Assembly: GCF_030684315.1 (NCBI RefSeq)
Contig: NC_081374.1
Coordinates: 13,504,837 to 13,568,836, forward strand
From: Stegostoma tigrinum
Lineage: Eukaryota
Direction of reading: 5' to 3'
Length of the DNA stretch: 64,000 nucleotides
Part shown: positions 1-13,390 of the stretch, one piece after another
Position numbering within the stretch: position 1 is the stretch's first letter
Layout: each line of letters begins with the position of its first letter
The notes under the pieces: generated by a model
The model's input: only the letters and a program-made list of their open reading frames with translations
What the model was told of the DNA's origin: nothing
The model's database searches: none
Program-made: the position numbers and the translations under genes

Positions 1-2523
1 CCTACTTGGCCACGAAGGGGGTGTTTGTGATGTGGCAAAGTGGGTCTCTTATAAATCCTTCCCAACAAATGCAGTTGGATAGAGTGGGACAGATTCCATG
101 TCAGCCATACCATGGGAAGAAGCTTAAACCTCAACTAATGCTATCTATTGTTCCAAGTGACAACATGTAGTAAAAAGTGGCTCAAACCCTAGTTGACTGA
201 AGTGGATTAGATTAGTGCCTTCAGTATGGGGTTCAATCCCATGTTCAGCTGAGATAGATTTGGGACCTGTCTCATTGCTCTCCCCACCTTGGAGCTTCCA
301 GTGCTCCTGGACCTGCTATTAGGTAGCAAACTGAATCAGGGGAAATCATGTGGTTTTTCAGACAGAATCCCAGAAAAGGAGAAGGGCTATTATCCCAGTG
401 GGAAAAATAACCCCTCTCATCCAAACAAGAAAATGTCTCCATGGTTTTGACAAATTTATCAATTGTGAGAAATGTTATGCTGAAATAAAGCACAAATCCA
501 TTCTTCCCTAACTTCTGGAACTTCTTAAGCCAGGAAACCTTAAACTCTGAACAAACGACTTCAGACATTAACTCTATTTCACTCTCCACAGATACTGTTA
601 GATCTGTTGAGTTTATCCAATACTTCCTCTTTATTTTACAAGAAATCGTCACTTGTCTGGAACCTCAGTTCTCAGTCTGAATGCAATGGACCAAATGGCC
701 TCCTTCTGTGTTGTATCCATCTTTTGATCCTATGCTTGGTGGGGGTGGGGGGGGGGTTCATCCACAGTGCCACCAATAACTTGGACAGCAGTCTAAATGT
801 TTGTGAAATGTTTACAGTGGTGACAGGTGGATGAAAAACGACAGTAATAAAATTTACCTCCAACATCTTTACTGGGAATCATCTGGCAATCCCTGTAACA
901 TGTTTGATTAGAGGTAATTTGAACAATTCAGCTGCCCATTATGTGTCTCTCCCAATTTTAATTTCCTTTGAAGTCAGTGGGAAATTGAGTGGAACATCGA
1001 GTAAGTAAAACTTTAAAGCATTTATCACAAATAGACCGACTCAAAAAACCCTGTGATTGACTTCAAATTGCTACTCTTGGCTCTTTTTGCACAAGAACAC
1101 ATAATTAAGATGCTCTTCTTTTAATGCTTTTTTAATGATGTCTAGTGGTAACTTCTATTCAGTGTTTTGAAAGTGTGTACAGAAAAAAAACGCTATGTTT
1201 CCCCTCCAGCCTAGTATTCACAGCTCCAGTCAGAAGGTACAAGTTTACAGTAGGTGTTGAAGAAACCAATCAATATTTAAAAGATTACAGGCTGCCCAGT
1301 TTCTGTTTGTTGCCATCTCACTTCAAAGTGAAAAGTTCTACTGATGTTCTACTGTTGAGAGTCATAGCTGTGGAACTTTTAATTTGTTGCAAATGCAGCA
1401 AAAAGGAGAATTGAAATCTTCATTTCTTCTTTCCCTCTACTTGCATCAGTAATTGTTAATCCTTAGAGCAAGTCAAGGTATTGAGCATTCATATGACTTC
1501 TTAAAAATCAGATTGAAAATCATAGTTTTCCTGATAGTACTTATGCTTGTCCAGCTATGCTTCACTTTCTTTTTAATCAAGTATCCAGAAACCTCCTCAA
1601 TGAGGGTTCTGACTAATATTAGCCTGAATTGTGCAGTTGCCACAATAAGAAACTGCCGGTGCTCCTACTATTATTAACCAGGACACTGATAGCATCATCT
1701 AGCATCTGCATATGGACAGTTAACTGTGGAATTGCAGACGTTGCTGTCAGAGATTTGTCTGTTACTCTCAGAATGCATTGACAAAATTCTCAAATATCTA
1801 AATCAATTCGGGATCATTGAATTAATGCAAACTTGCAATTTTTACACCATAGTATCATTGCTAAAGACCTTTAATAAAATTATGTCATATTGAATTTGTT
1901 ATAATTGGATTTGCAAAGATAATTGCTCCCGAATGATAGCTCGAGCCATAAAAATCTATTTCTACACAAATGAAATTCAAATTTCTCTAAACCACAAAGC
2001 AGATGCCAGAGACTTTTCAAAATAATCAAATTTAGTTTTTTAAAGTAAGTTATTTCAGCTTCTATGCATGTGATTGCCACAACTATTATTTTGTTTTCTT
2101 ATAATAAAATTAGGTTTGTTGTCTGAGATAGATCTTTAATGTGATTGCTTGTCTAGCCTGAATCACTTAGATATTAATGTTATTGGGCACCAGAGATCCA
2201 ATATAGTTGATTCCAAAATGAAATTAATATTGGAAAAGGTGTAATCTATGCCACGCAGCTGAGTAGATCTTTCTGGTCAGTAATGTTCGAGATAAATAGC
2301 GAGCACAGTTACACGTCACCACTTTCTGCAAGATCTAAGCCATAGTATTAATGATGTTTTTCTCCCCCTCACTGTCTTTGCTGTGTGTGTTTTGGACATT
2401 GCCTACAGAGTGAGGTAGAATTTTTCTATTAGCAATTGATCCTGAATTGGACAAATTTGGTATGCATTCTACCTGGGAGTTTGTTTGCTAACGCTAACTA
2501 GGGAAGGGCTGACAGACATGTCG

Positions 2524-2701
2524 TAGAGTCATAGATTCTCACAGCATGGAAAAAAGACCCTTTAGTCCAACTGGTCCACACTGAACATGTCCCTAAATGA
2601 AACTAGTCCCATTTGCCTGCGTTTGGCTGATATCCCTCCAAACACGTCCCATTCATTTACATATCCAAATGGCTTTTGAACATTGTAATTGAACCTGCAT
2701 T
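2524..2701 (-). mobile_element. CR1 LINE 3' fragment
   Basis: Same 3' UTR as the copies at 9432 and 56235. Confidence 0.8.
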
Positions 2702-2894
2702 CGAGTGTGTGTCTTTCCAAGCTAGAAACATTATCAGAGTTGAGTTGATCTATCACTTAGAAAAAGATGCTCACAGTAGTGTAACTGGTGAATTGTCACA
2801 AGAGTTATGTTCCAAACCCCAACTTATGATTTGTAATGAAAAGGTTTTTCATATCACAGCAGTGGCCTTCAGCAGTGACAGTTAACGTTTTCTA

Positions 2895-3075
2895 AAACAA
2901 AGAACTGCGCATGCTGGTGGTCTGAAACTCTCAAAATCAGAAATTGCTGGAGAAAGCAACAGGTTTAGCAACATTTGTGCAAGGAAAACAGAGTTAAAAT
3001 TTCAAAACTAATATCACTCTTCTTTAAAAATCAGTTCTGGTTGACTCAAAATGTCAACTCTATTTTCTTTCCACA
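2895..3075 (-). repeat. Degenerate fold-back Penelope-derived element
   Basis: gaaattgctggagaaagc...acagagttaa...aatgtcaactctattttctttccaca. Further decayed copies lie near 545-636, 24950-25070, 30100-30185 and 61300-61390. Confidence 0.55.
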
Positions 3076-3329
3076 TGGTTAAAGTTTTGGTGCCTCAAGT
3101 TCTCCTTTGACCTTAGGGAATTATAAGCATCTGAGGAACTATTCTAACCTCTCACTAAAACAGAGGAACCTAATTATGCAACATAGAGCAATTGGAATGA
3201 AGAATTGAAAGGCAGTGTTTGAGGAAGATTAAAGAGTGTGACTAGAACATTCATCTTCTTGATCTTACCCACCTTAGAGGTGACCCGAGCAGGCTAATTC
3301 AGAAGAATGCTTGGTAAGAGAAAAGAAGA

Positions 3330-3755
3330 GACCAGCATTTATATAGAGCTCTTCACAACCATTGGACATCTTAAAGTGCTTTTCAATGAAATGCTTTAGA
3401 CGTGTAGTCCATTGTTTTAAAGTAGACAACTCAGCAGCGAACTGTGTAGAGCAAACTCCTACAAACAGCAATGTGGTAAGAACTGGATAATCTGTTTTCT
3501 TTCTTTGTGATGTCAACTGAGGGTAAAATATTGGCGAGGAAGCTAGTAATGGCTCTTGTGCTTTTCTTTAATGTAGTGTCATGAGAGCTTTATATCCACT
3601 GAGCAGGCAGCTAGAGCCTTGATTAGACGCCTCACTCAAGTGGCTCTTGCATCACGCTCTCAGCAATGCTCAAATTCATTTTTGTACTCCTGCCCTTGTG
3701 AGAGATGTGAACGCAAAACATTGTAATTCAGTGGTAAGCATGCAAATGAGTCACA
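3330..3755 (-). mobile_element. Deu-domain (AmnSINE/SacSINE-like) SINE relic
   Basis: Resembles the recalled Deu-domain consensus (gtgtcatgagagctttatatccactgagcaggcag...). Similar relics lie at about 29130-29420 (-), 41190-41370 (+) and 43990-44280 (+). Confidence 0.55.
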
Positions 3756-5901
3756 ATTTGCACACCTTGGTTGGAAGTAGTTCATTTTAAACAAAGTAGA
3801 AAGTTTAGGGACAACAGGTTTCACTCTTCTGTGAAATATTCATATTTGATCAATCAAAGAGGTGAAATTCACACTTGTTTGGTGACATATTAACTTGGAA
3901 TTCCCTGGACAGTACTGTTAGTTAATAGTTACTTATTTATTGCTTTGAATCCCCTTTGAAAGTTTCAAAATTTCTAAGAACATTGACTGATTAATATAAT
4001 GGTTAATTAGGGACCTCAGAAGGAAGCTGACAATCATTTGTCCCGTCGATGAACTCATTAATGGAGTCAATATTAACAAGTCCCCATAGTTGATGATGGA
4101 AAGATATACACAGCAATGAACAATCCTTTTCATTGAACAGTTTGCAGTTTATTGCTATTCTTTACAGATTTGCTTGCTAACAAATACAAATTGATTGCTT
4201 TTTTGTATGATTCTGTTTACATTGTAGAAACGTAGAAGATAGGCCTTAATTTTACTCAAGTAAATGCATGATATATTCAAAATCGCTTCTTGGTCTGATA
4301 TTTTAATGCCAGCATTAATCCATTCAAAACAATTGTGTTAATGCTTCTGTTAAAATAGTGAAGAGTATCATAAAGTTGCCCGCTAATATCAACGAGATGG
4401 GTGGGTGGGCTAGTTGGGGCAGAGGGGGATTACTGATTCTGCGTGGGAAGAAGACTAACCTTCAAAAGCTGCTGGCTAATTGTGGCAGTGCAGCATACTC
4501 AGTAATGGGTGCTGCCTAATTCTACAAAGGATGTTCAAGGGAATCCCTGAATGATGTTAAGTTGAGGGGTATTAGATGCAGAGAGTTTGTTCTCCTTCGG
4601 GAGAGAGGCATCTGGATGGGTCTTGGAAAGCAGGTAGTGGGAAGGAATGGAAGGGACTATCTTCCAGTCCTTTTAAAAACCGGCTGTCCGCTCCTGCCCA
4701 AATGCTCAGACTGACCGTATTATGATGTGAACAGTATATTATTCAGGTCAATATGCCTGTTAACCAGCCTGGTTGACATTAAATTGTCCATTTAAGTATA
4801 ATAAGATGGTAAGACTGGAAGAAATAGGAACAGGAGTAGGCTGTTCAGGCCTTTCAGCCTGTTCCACCATTGAATAGGATCATGGCTAATCCGACATTTC
4901 CAATGCCCACTTCCTGCAGTTTCGCTGTAGGCCTTGATTCTATCGGGCATGTTGCTGATTTTCGCACCCATCCACCTAATTTATTGATGACTAACTGAAC
5001 AGTAGGTGGGAAGGAGGTGGGCTGGGCTCTTGCCTTATTTTAAGTGCCCTACCCCTCACTGACTGGCAAAAACATCCCCAAGAGTCACATAAAATCCAGC
5101 CTGTGCTATAAACATTTTTAAATGCCTGCAAACTCTCTTGTACACTTTTTTTTTGTGTGGAAAACCATAATGTGCTCAAGATCTTCTAATGATTCTGCTT
5201 GTACAGATATAATATCTCAATGAACTCAGTACTCTGCCTCCATACCCACAGCACATCATTTGCCTGTTCAAGAAATCACTTATTTTGCTTTGCTGGAGCT
5301 TTGCTGAGAGTGATTCATTTTTTGGCATGAGATTTCCCTGTCCTAAGGAGGTGCATTCGGAGAAACACTGGGAGATAAATCAGAAACGTTTGCTTTGGCT
5401 CAGCTAGTTACCTTGCACAATTCTGCCTAGGAGCAATCTTGTCAGAGGAAGTAAAATTAATGCAGATATTTCATAGCTAGTAATAGTGTGTGGCCAGTAA
5501 AGCCCATAATTATCCCTGTTTGGGAGAGATGCTGCCAATTCTGGGATGTTCCTATCTGTGGTTGTGAGCTCTGCTGAAGGTGTTCATTTAATTTAAAGAG
5601 ACCGTCTACCATGAGTCAAAGGATTATCAACATTACATATCTACTATTGCAAGTGGCCACCTACACTGCTACAGTCTATCTTGTGGGAGTGATTCTACAT
5701 CCACAATAATGGCCTGACAGTCAGGACCAAGTGGGAGTTCTGCGCTTGTGGACTTCTGCCTTTTTCAGCAGCACCCATCTCTCCTGCCGGGTCTTGCAGC
5801 CAGACTTGACTGCAAACCCTTCAGCTGAGCCTTCCATCTTTCTGGTCCACCTGCCTTCCTTAACTGAACAGGGATGCTGAACACAGCTCCTTAATTAGCC
5901 A

Positions 5902-5988
5902 TAGATAACAAAGTGTGGAGCCGGATGAACTTAGCAGGTCAAGCAGCACCTTAGGAGCACAAAAGCTGACGTTTCAGGCTTGGATCCA
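5902..5988 (-). repeat. Penelope terminal fragment
   Basis: Reverse complement of the 14725-14805 region. Confidence 0.7.
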
Positions 5989-7064
5989 AGTGTGAAGTGT
6001 GTAATAGTCACTTCGGCAGTTCCTGATCCGGATTTGGGAAAATAGGAACAGGAATAGGCCATTCAGTTCTTGGACCTGTTCTGCCATTCAGTAAAATCAC
6101 GGCTGATTTGTGGTCTGACTTCATATAACCAGCTTTAACCCATGCTTCCTTGATACCTATGTTTTTCAAGTGTGTGAAAACATCATGACACAGAATCATT
6201 AAACATATTCATATTTTCACAATAAGGTCAAAGTGAAATTTTATTATTTTTCCATCCTGCCTAGGCGTTTTGAATTTTTCAGTGACAACTAAAGGACTGA
6301 ACGATTAAAAATCAATTATGCAGAAGAATGTCTGATATTCAGTGCACATTAGTCTTCACTTTCTTACTCCTCATAGCTTGGCTGATGTCTCCAATAGTGA
6401 TGTTATAGAAGTAATACTATTGAAAAGTATTATGGTTCAGCCTTGATTGAAATTGCACGTGCTTCCTCTCTGTACAGCTTCATTTCCTGTTGTCACGTCA
6501 TTCCCAATATTTATACATGCCTGTGTTCATTGTTCATATTTATAATTGATTTTGCCAATTTATTCTCATTGTGCAATATGGAAACTGGCTTCTCACAATC
6601 ACTTGAGTTACCTTCCAAATGTTTTCATCCATTCCTTTAACAGTAACAGATATTTCTAATTTCCAATAGAATCATGTTGGCAGTATACTTTCCCATTCTG
6701 ATTTAATCTCATCACATGAAGAAAACTAAGTTTCTGGGAGCGATCTGTAGTTCATGAAATTGTGGTTGTCAGAGGTTGTTGGCCATTTATGTAACCAGCT
6801 GCCTCCAGTGAAGGGGGAGAATTGTCTAGTGCCTGGTGTATGGAATGCGGAGTGTGGAGATTAGGTCATATAGATCAGATACTTTCTCAGTGCAATTCTT
6901 TTGAATAGCTAGGGCATCCCTTTGAAGACCTGAGATAACCCTGAAGGTATGGTGGGATTGGGTCCTTTTGGGGTAAACAAGTGCCCTTGAACACTCTTAA
7001 CTATCAATAGGATTATACATAAAATGTATATAAACCCTTTGGAGCATTTCAACTTGTTCAGACC

Positions 7065-7220
7065 TGTCAAAAACTGTCAAGGATCTGGAGGTGCTAACAA
7101 AACTTGACCTGCCAAGTATGTAAACAAACGTCAATGTGTGTCAACAAACATTGGCCTCTCAAGGTATGTCAAGACTTGTCAGGAATGTCAACAAATGTCA
7201 AAATGATTTTAGAAGTCAAA
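7065..7220 (+). repeat. Degenerate array of (T)GTCAA with a period of about 10 bp
   Basis: Motif or near-match starts at 7065, 7075, 7129, 7139, 7157, 7167, 7177, 7186 and 7196. Confidence 0.7.
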
Positions 7221-7472
7221 GAGTGTAGTCTGCATTATGAAACTTTAAGTAATAGATCTATACTTTTTTCTCTTAAGTCCATGGGTACATATGACTACAT
7301 AATGCATTGGCATGGAAATTGTAGGGGTGAGAGGGGTTGGGTGGAAAGAAACAAAAATTTGGTTCAGGGGTAAAGAAGATCATGGAGGAAAGATAGAAGG
7401 TGCATTGCTGGACATTGGAGAGTGTGGGCGTCAGGAGGAGTGAGTGGCATGCGAGAGATGTGGGCTAGAGCA

Positions 7473-7581
7473 ATGATAACAAAGTGTTAAGCTGGATGAT
7501 CACAGCAGGCCAAGCAGCATCGTAAGATGCTTCACACTTTGTTATCTTGGATTCTCCAGCATCTGCAGTTCCCATTATCTC
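7473..7581 (+). mobile_element. Short inverted/deleted Penelope terminal fragment
   Basis: Matches the 14750-14842 terminus in both orientations. 12-bp TSD tgggctaga(g/a)ca (7461-7472, 7582-7593). Confidence 0.75.
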
Positions 7582-8569
7582 TGGGCTAGAACAGGAACTG
7601 TCAAAAAAAGACACCAAAAATCATGTGGAGTTTTTAAAAAATTAAAAGAATGTTGATTCAATTAAAAACATAGCAGATTTTGTATTGCATGACTGATTTC
7701 CCAAAATACTATAATCACAATGGAGTGCCTATTAGTAAGCATTTTGATGGAGAGCTCCAACTGTTTATAGAATGGAAAGGTTTGTTAGCTTTAGAGATTA
7801 AGCACTTAAGGGTTTAGCAGGGATATGTTTGTTTTGATAAAGGATTCGTTGAAGGTTTTCAATGTCTTGACTCATTTTTGGTTATGAATTTATGTTTTAT
7901 TTTTGAGTAGTGACGTAGTAGGTAGACCATGTCAGCATGTCTCCTAAGGTTTTGCCACAGTGGATATTCACTAAAATTACATGGAGATGAATGGACAAAG
8001 GATGGTGAGTAGGGAGGAATGAGTTAGCATTGGGACTAGAAAGGGCTAGGAGATGATTGGGAGATTGGGTGGCACATTCCCAGAAGAGGGGTTATGGGGA
8101 ATGGGCAAATGGGCATAATGTGGCATAGGGAGTACACAGGGCATTGGGGTTGGACAAATGAACAGTGTGGCACTGGAATTATGAGACATTATTGGATGTG
8201 GTCAAAAGAAATAGGATGACATATTGGCTTTAAATCAAAGATTGGTGCAGGGTAGTATGATATAATATTAAGATGGGTAGTGGAGATTAGGGTGGACTGG
8301 ATGGTAATGGCGAATGTGAAGGGCCTGGCAGGAGGACTACTTTATGGTTTAATGCATTTTTAAGGATTTGACCATGGTTCTGGACACTAAGGCTGGCTTT
8401 TGCCCAGTCTGTATTGGGAACTGGTGGCCTCTTCCTGGGTTACACAGCCCAACTCCAAACCATCTCTTGCTTTGGTTCAACAATGGGAAGTATAGGCAAT
8501 TGGGTGTGCTATATCATTATTTCTATGGTGGCATCTAACCTGGTAAGTTTTTAAAAGAGGCAAAATTCA

Positions 8570-9430
8570 TTGTGGGAAACAAGGCTAAATAATAAGGCGA
8601 TGGGAGAAAGGAATGAAGGGAGGCAACTCTTGGGTTCTCTGGAAACAACCTAAGTGTCATCGGCAGGGACTGGATTGGGTGTTAAATATAAGGTGAGTAA
8701 TAGCAGAGCAATGGGAAAAGAAAACGTCGAGTTAGAGGAGATATTCAAAGGGAACAGGACAAAGGGTATTCAGGGAATTAATAGCAGGTGCAACAATGGG
8801 ATAGTAAACCAGTTAGGGATACAATAAGAGTTGGATAACACCAGTTGTTGGGGAAAGAATTATAGCAGACACGCAGGTTTCTAATGGGGAGCCAAATGCA
8901 ACTCTGGGCAAAGGCTAAAGGCCTATCTATTCCAGGAACCTGGGCGAAGATAGACAAATGTTGTTCATTATCCTCTCCTAATTGCTGTACAGTTATTCTT
9001 GGCGAGAATGTTTGGTTCTTGAAGGTGATCAAACTTGATTGTATTCTAATGGGGCAAATAGCTAATAAACGCTGACTCACTATTTAGCCTCAAGTGAAGA
9101 ATAGCTACAAGCATGAGTTATCAAACAATTAACAATATCCCTGGAACTCTGCCACACGTTATCACCTTCAAGGGAGGAGGACTGAAGGAGGAAAGTTTTA
9201 GGTGTGGGTAAGTTTCATCATGACATGACTGAGTAGAAGGTAAGGGTTAAGAGTATTGTTAATGTTACATTGTAAGTAAGGAATTTCCAGGATTCTGGGT
9301 GGAAGTTTAAGCAACCTTGAATCAATAATGAACATTGAATTGCTACAAGAGTGTTCCAGGTATTTCAACAAAGGAACAAAAAATCACCACCTAGAAGCTG
9401 ACTAATAGTTTTGGTGACTTATGGGGGAAG
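8570..9430 (+). mobile_element. Possible endogenous retrovirus env remnant, PPT and start of 3' LTR
   Basis: GRQLLGSLETT*VSSAGTGLGV fusion-peptide-like stretch, TM-like NVVHYPLLIAVQLFLA, and purine tract 9170-9181 followed by TG at 9183. Confidence 0.35.
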
Positions 9431-10345
9431 TCATACAGTCATAAGCTCATACAGCATGGAAACAGACCCTTCAGTCCAACCAGTCCATATTGAACACAAT
9501 CCCAAACTAAACTAGTCCCAACTGCCTGCTCCTGGCCCATATCCCTCCAAACCTTTCCTATTCATGTATCCATCCTAACGTCCTCGAAACATTGTAATTG
9601 TAACCACATCCGCTATTTCATCAGGATTTTCATTCCACACAGAAACCACCCTCTGTGTGAAAAATTTGCCTGTTATATGTTTTCTAAATCCCTCTCCTCT
9701 CACTCTAGTCTTGAAATTCCCCATTTTAGAGAAACGATAGCTACCATCAACTCTAGCTATAGCTCTTGTTATTTTATGAACTTCTATCAGTTCACCTCTC
9801 AACCTCCTACACTCCAGTGATAAAAGTCCCAGCCTATCCAACCTTTCCTTATAACTCAAAGCTTTCATATCTGGCAATATCCTGGTAAATCTCTTCTGAA
9901 CCCTCTCCAGCTGAATAATGTCCTTTCTATAAGTCAGCGGCCAGAACTGGACACAGTATTCCAGAATAAGCCTTACCAATGTCTAGTACAACCTCAACAT
10001 TACGTCTCAACCCCATAGACTCAAAGGACTGAGCACTGGGCGACAGCATGCCAAACTGTTACGCAAACTTTAAAGAATTATGTACCTGCACCCCTAGGTC
10101 CCTCTGTTCTACAACAAAACCCGAGGGCCTACCATTAAATATAAAAGCCCTACCCTTGTTTGTTGTGCCAAAATGCAGTATCTCACATTTATCCGGATTG
10201 AACTCCGTCTGCTATTTGTCAGCTTATTGGCCCATTTGTTCAACATCCCTTTGTAATCGTGGAAAACCTTCTTCACTGTCTACTATACCACCAATTTTGT
10301 TGTCACGCACAAACTTCCTAACCAGGCTTTCTATATTCACATCCA
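9430..10345 (-). mobile_element. CR1 LINE 3' part (decayed ORF2 C-terminus)
   Basis: LEYCVQFW...LERVQKRFTR...RRLRGELIEVHKI...FFTQRVVSVWN. Confidence 0.92.
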
Positions 10346-11117
10346 TTTGTAAGTGTCTTATTTATGATCTCCAAAAGAATAACACATTCTATAAATTTGG
10401 CATGTATTACATATGGTCCTATTGGATGTGATTCCACAGGATTAAAGCTTCGTGTAAACTTCTACATAAGGCAATCTTCATCAGAGAGGCTGTAAGACAC
10501 TGAAGAAAGAAAAATAAAGTTTTGCAGTAGGGGGCACTCTTTCTGGAAATTGGGATGAAAGCACATTGTTGAAAAGGAGAAGAAACAGCTTTACAGTGTA
10601 CCTACCTGCATTAACTTTACACAAGAGTGTTTAATGCTGATATTGGGAGACAGAAGTAGAATAAATGCTTCATTTTGTGATAATTGTAATGTTTCATCTC
10701 CTTGAAAACAAAATCTACCAAAAGCATTTAAGAAGGAAAGAAATTTCAATGCTGAAAGAGTATCTTTCTTTCTTTCTTTTTGAATGCCTTAAAGAAGCAA
10801 CATCCACAAAACAAAGGTACTTCTTGACCCTTCTTAATTATTAAATGAAGGAACATTTGACTTCATAAAATGGAATGTACAATTGCACATATTTTGTGAA
10901 AGATCACTTTGGATTGTGGTGTTCTGATTCCTTCCTTTTCAAAAATTCTCTCACCAGAACCATTCCTACTCCAGTCCTTGTAGAATTTTTAAAAATATTT
11001 TCAGACCAGATTTACCTGCCACTAGCTCAGTTTCGAGAACAAAAGTCAGGATGGGTGACTTTGCCCCAGCAATGTTTCAATGCTGGACTTACACTGGATG
11101 CCAGGAGTTGTTTGAAA

Positions 11118-11349
11118 GCAGAAACAAAAGTGGAAATTGCTGGAGAAGCTCACCAGACCTGGCAGCATCTGTGGAGAGAAATCAGATTTAACACTTCAAG
11201 TGAAGTGACCCTTCCTCAGAACTTCTGAGAAAGGGTCACTCGATACAAAATGTTAACTCTGATTTCTCTCCACAGATGCTGCCAGATCTGCTGAGCTTTC
11301 CCTGCAATTTGTTCTTTTGTCTCTGACTTACAGCGTCTGCAATTTTTTC
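11118..11349 (+). mobile_element. Fold-back non-autonomous Penelope-derived element
   Basis: About 100-bp inverted arms centred on 11222 (cctcagaa-c-ttctgaga). Exact 12-bp TSD agttgtttgaaa (11106-11117, 11350-11361). Confidence 0.8.
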
Positions 11350-13390
11350 AGTTGTTTGAAATCAACTGTGTCAATGTGACTGTTAATTGTAGCCTTCTCT
11401 GCTTGGATGGGAACATCCCCATCAAGCAACATAGCCAATATCATGAGCTCACCATATGGTGTAATTTACAGTACACATTGGTGCATTAATGATACATGTA
11501 GAGCTAACTTATACCACCTACCTAAATTTATGGGCACATCTAAATGTGAAAAAAATTCAACATTTATAATAGAATATCTGTAAATACTTTGATGACAACA
11601 TGAACAGAATATACAATAAATACAATTATTAATAAATAAGTTTCTGATACTCAAATACAATACCTCAAAAGTTAACCAAGTTTCATCACCAAAACCCAAA
11701 ATTGACGCAAAATGTAGCTCTTAAACAGAATTTTGGTTGACTAGTTATTGACTAAATTTCAAAATTACTTAATCTTTGATAAAGTTGAAGCTAACAATAT
11801 AAAATATAGCAAGGAGCTATTAACATTTAGCAAATCAAAAATAAGTTCAATCATTTATTTAAAAGTCACAGGGTATTTGCTTACCTTAGACTGACAGGTA
11901 GTGCTGGATTATATCTGTCTCCTCAGGTGTTACAAACTTGAGCACATTACCTCTCAGCATAAAGTTCTGAACAGGCTGGTGATTTCTGCTTAAATAGAAA
12001 ATGAGTCATCAGGTACAATAACAATGTGTTGCTTATACTGTCTTTTGAAAATGATTTGCTGATTTTATTTAAATGGCAGTCTGTATTGGACTGCAGCAGA
12101 CAGGACAGAACAATTACATGACCAGCAGGTAGTAAGAAAAAAGAAAAAGCAATGTATTTACTTTCTTAGTGACCTTCTTTGAAACGAGTTCAGCAAAGTC
12201 TTTGATAGTTGCAGTTAAACCTTTTAGGTAGACTTAAACTATTTTAAGACTGTGAAGAATGTTACCTATTTTGTGTTCATTATCTACTTCAGACAATTTA
12301 GCTTTCTGGATAATTTGTTTAAGAAAGTGTTTTAGAGTATGCAAAAATACTAAACATAGCAATAAGGAACTCATACATAGACAGACAATATAATTTTAGA
12401 GAAAAAAATGTCCTACTTTGGAATGTTACAATCTTCTATTTTGTGATCATTTTTAAAATAATTCATTCTTGGGATTGTGTGTTGCTGGAAAAGCAATATT
12501 TAATGCCCATTCTTAAATGAGGCCGTTAGACAATTTCAGAGAGTGATTAAGAGCCAACTAAATCGACGTGGGACTGGAGTCACACATAGGATTGTTTGAG
12601 TAAGAATTGCTAATCCAGTAACACATCCACATCCAGAAACACAGGCTAACATATATGCTGTGTAATTATGTATCGTTACACATTACGCTATAAGATGTAA
12701 GATGGGTGCAAAACATATCAAGACATTCCCACTATTTAAGTCTAAGAAAAAACGTTAGAAAAATTCACACTTTATCTGGCTATCTAAGGACAGATTCACC
12801 TTGATGATAGTGACTCTTCCACTTCAATGTGTTGTTCTCTGGAATGCCGTGAAGTAGATTCCAGTCCACCATCAGGAAATTTCTTTCCATCTGCTTTGCC
12901 GTCTCTCCAAATCAGGGGTGAACAAATTCACTTTGCACTTTCCTATGTCTCCAGCTGTGTAAAGGAGCAAATCATCTGAGTGTCAGCTTGATTTAAAATT
13001 ATGGAAATAATTAAAGAGAACTCCAATGCCAAGTTCATAGGTCAGAAATCTATCAGTACATAATAAACTACACTTAATCTGACTTTTCATGGCATGCCTC
13101 ATAAAAATTCTACAATGCTTGGATGAAGATTGAACTTTGAACAAAATATAAGAAAAACTGCTATCTCATTCCCTTCATTAATCCAGTATTGTGAATAAGA
13201 TGCTATCAGCCATCTACTTTAAACTGTTAAATTTGATTGGCTCAAATGATTGCATGCAATTGGCAAAGCATAGATAGACTGAATAAATGCATTATGCCAT
13301 GAATCTGGGGAGCCATGAAGTTTTTGGAATGCGTCATGTAGCTGTTGGGTTTGCTTATGTTCTAAAGTCAAAGAAACATTCTGTCTTCTT

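Larger units (their letters stand above)
6760..8570 (+). mobile_element. Decayed Harbinger-like element
   Basis: ctagggcatccctttgaagacctgagataacc (about 6909-6940) resembles codons for KGYPLKTWLMTP. Followed by a GTCAA array, a G-rich tract and a TIR-like gcaaaattc. Confidence 0.35.

Noticed and set aside
272-652. 126-aa minus-strand ORF
   Set aside because: It begins inside a decayed Penelope-derived repeat, ends in a SINE relic, and shows no recognisable domain.
11118-11349. Fold-back elements as DNA-transposon MITEs or pre-miRNAs
   Set aside because: The arms are unequal, match Penelope-type termini that also occur as single arms, and carry 12-14 bp TSDs similar to the retroelement's.
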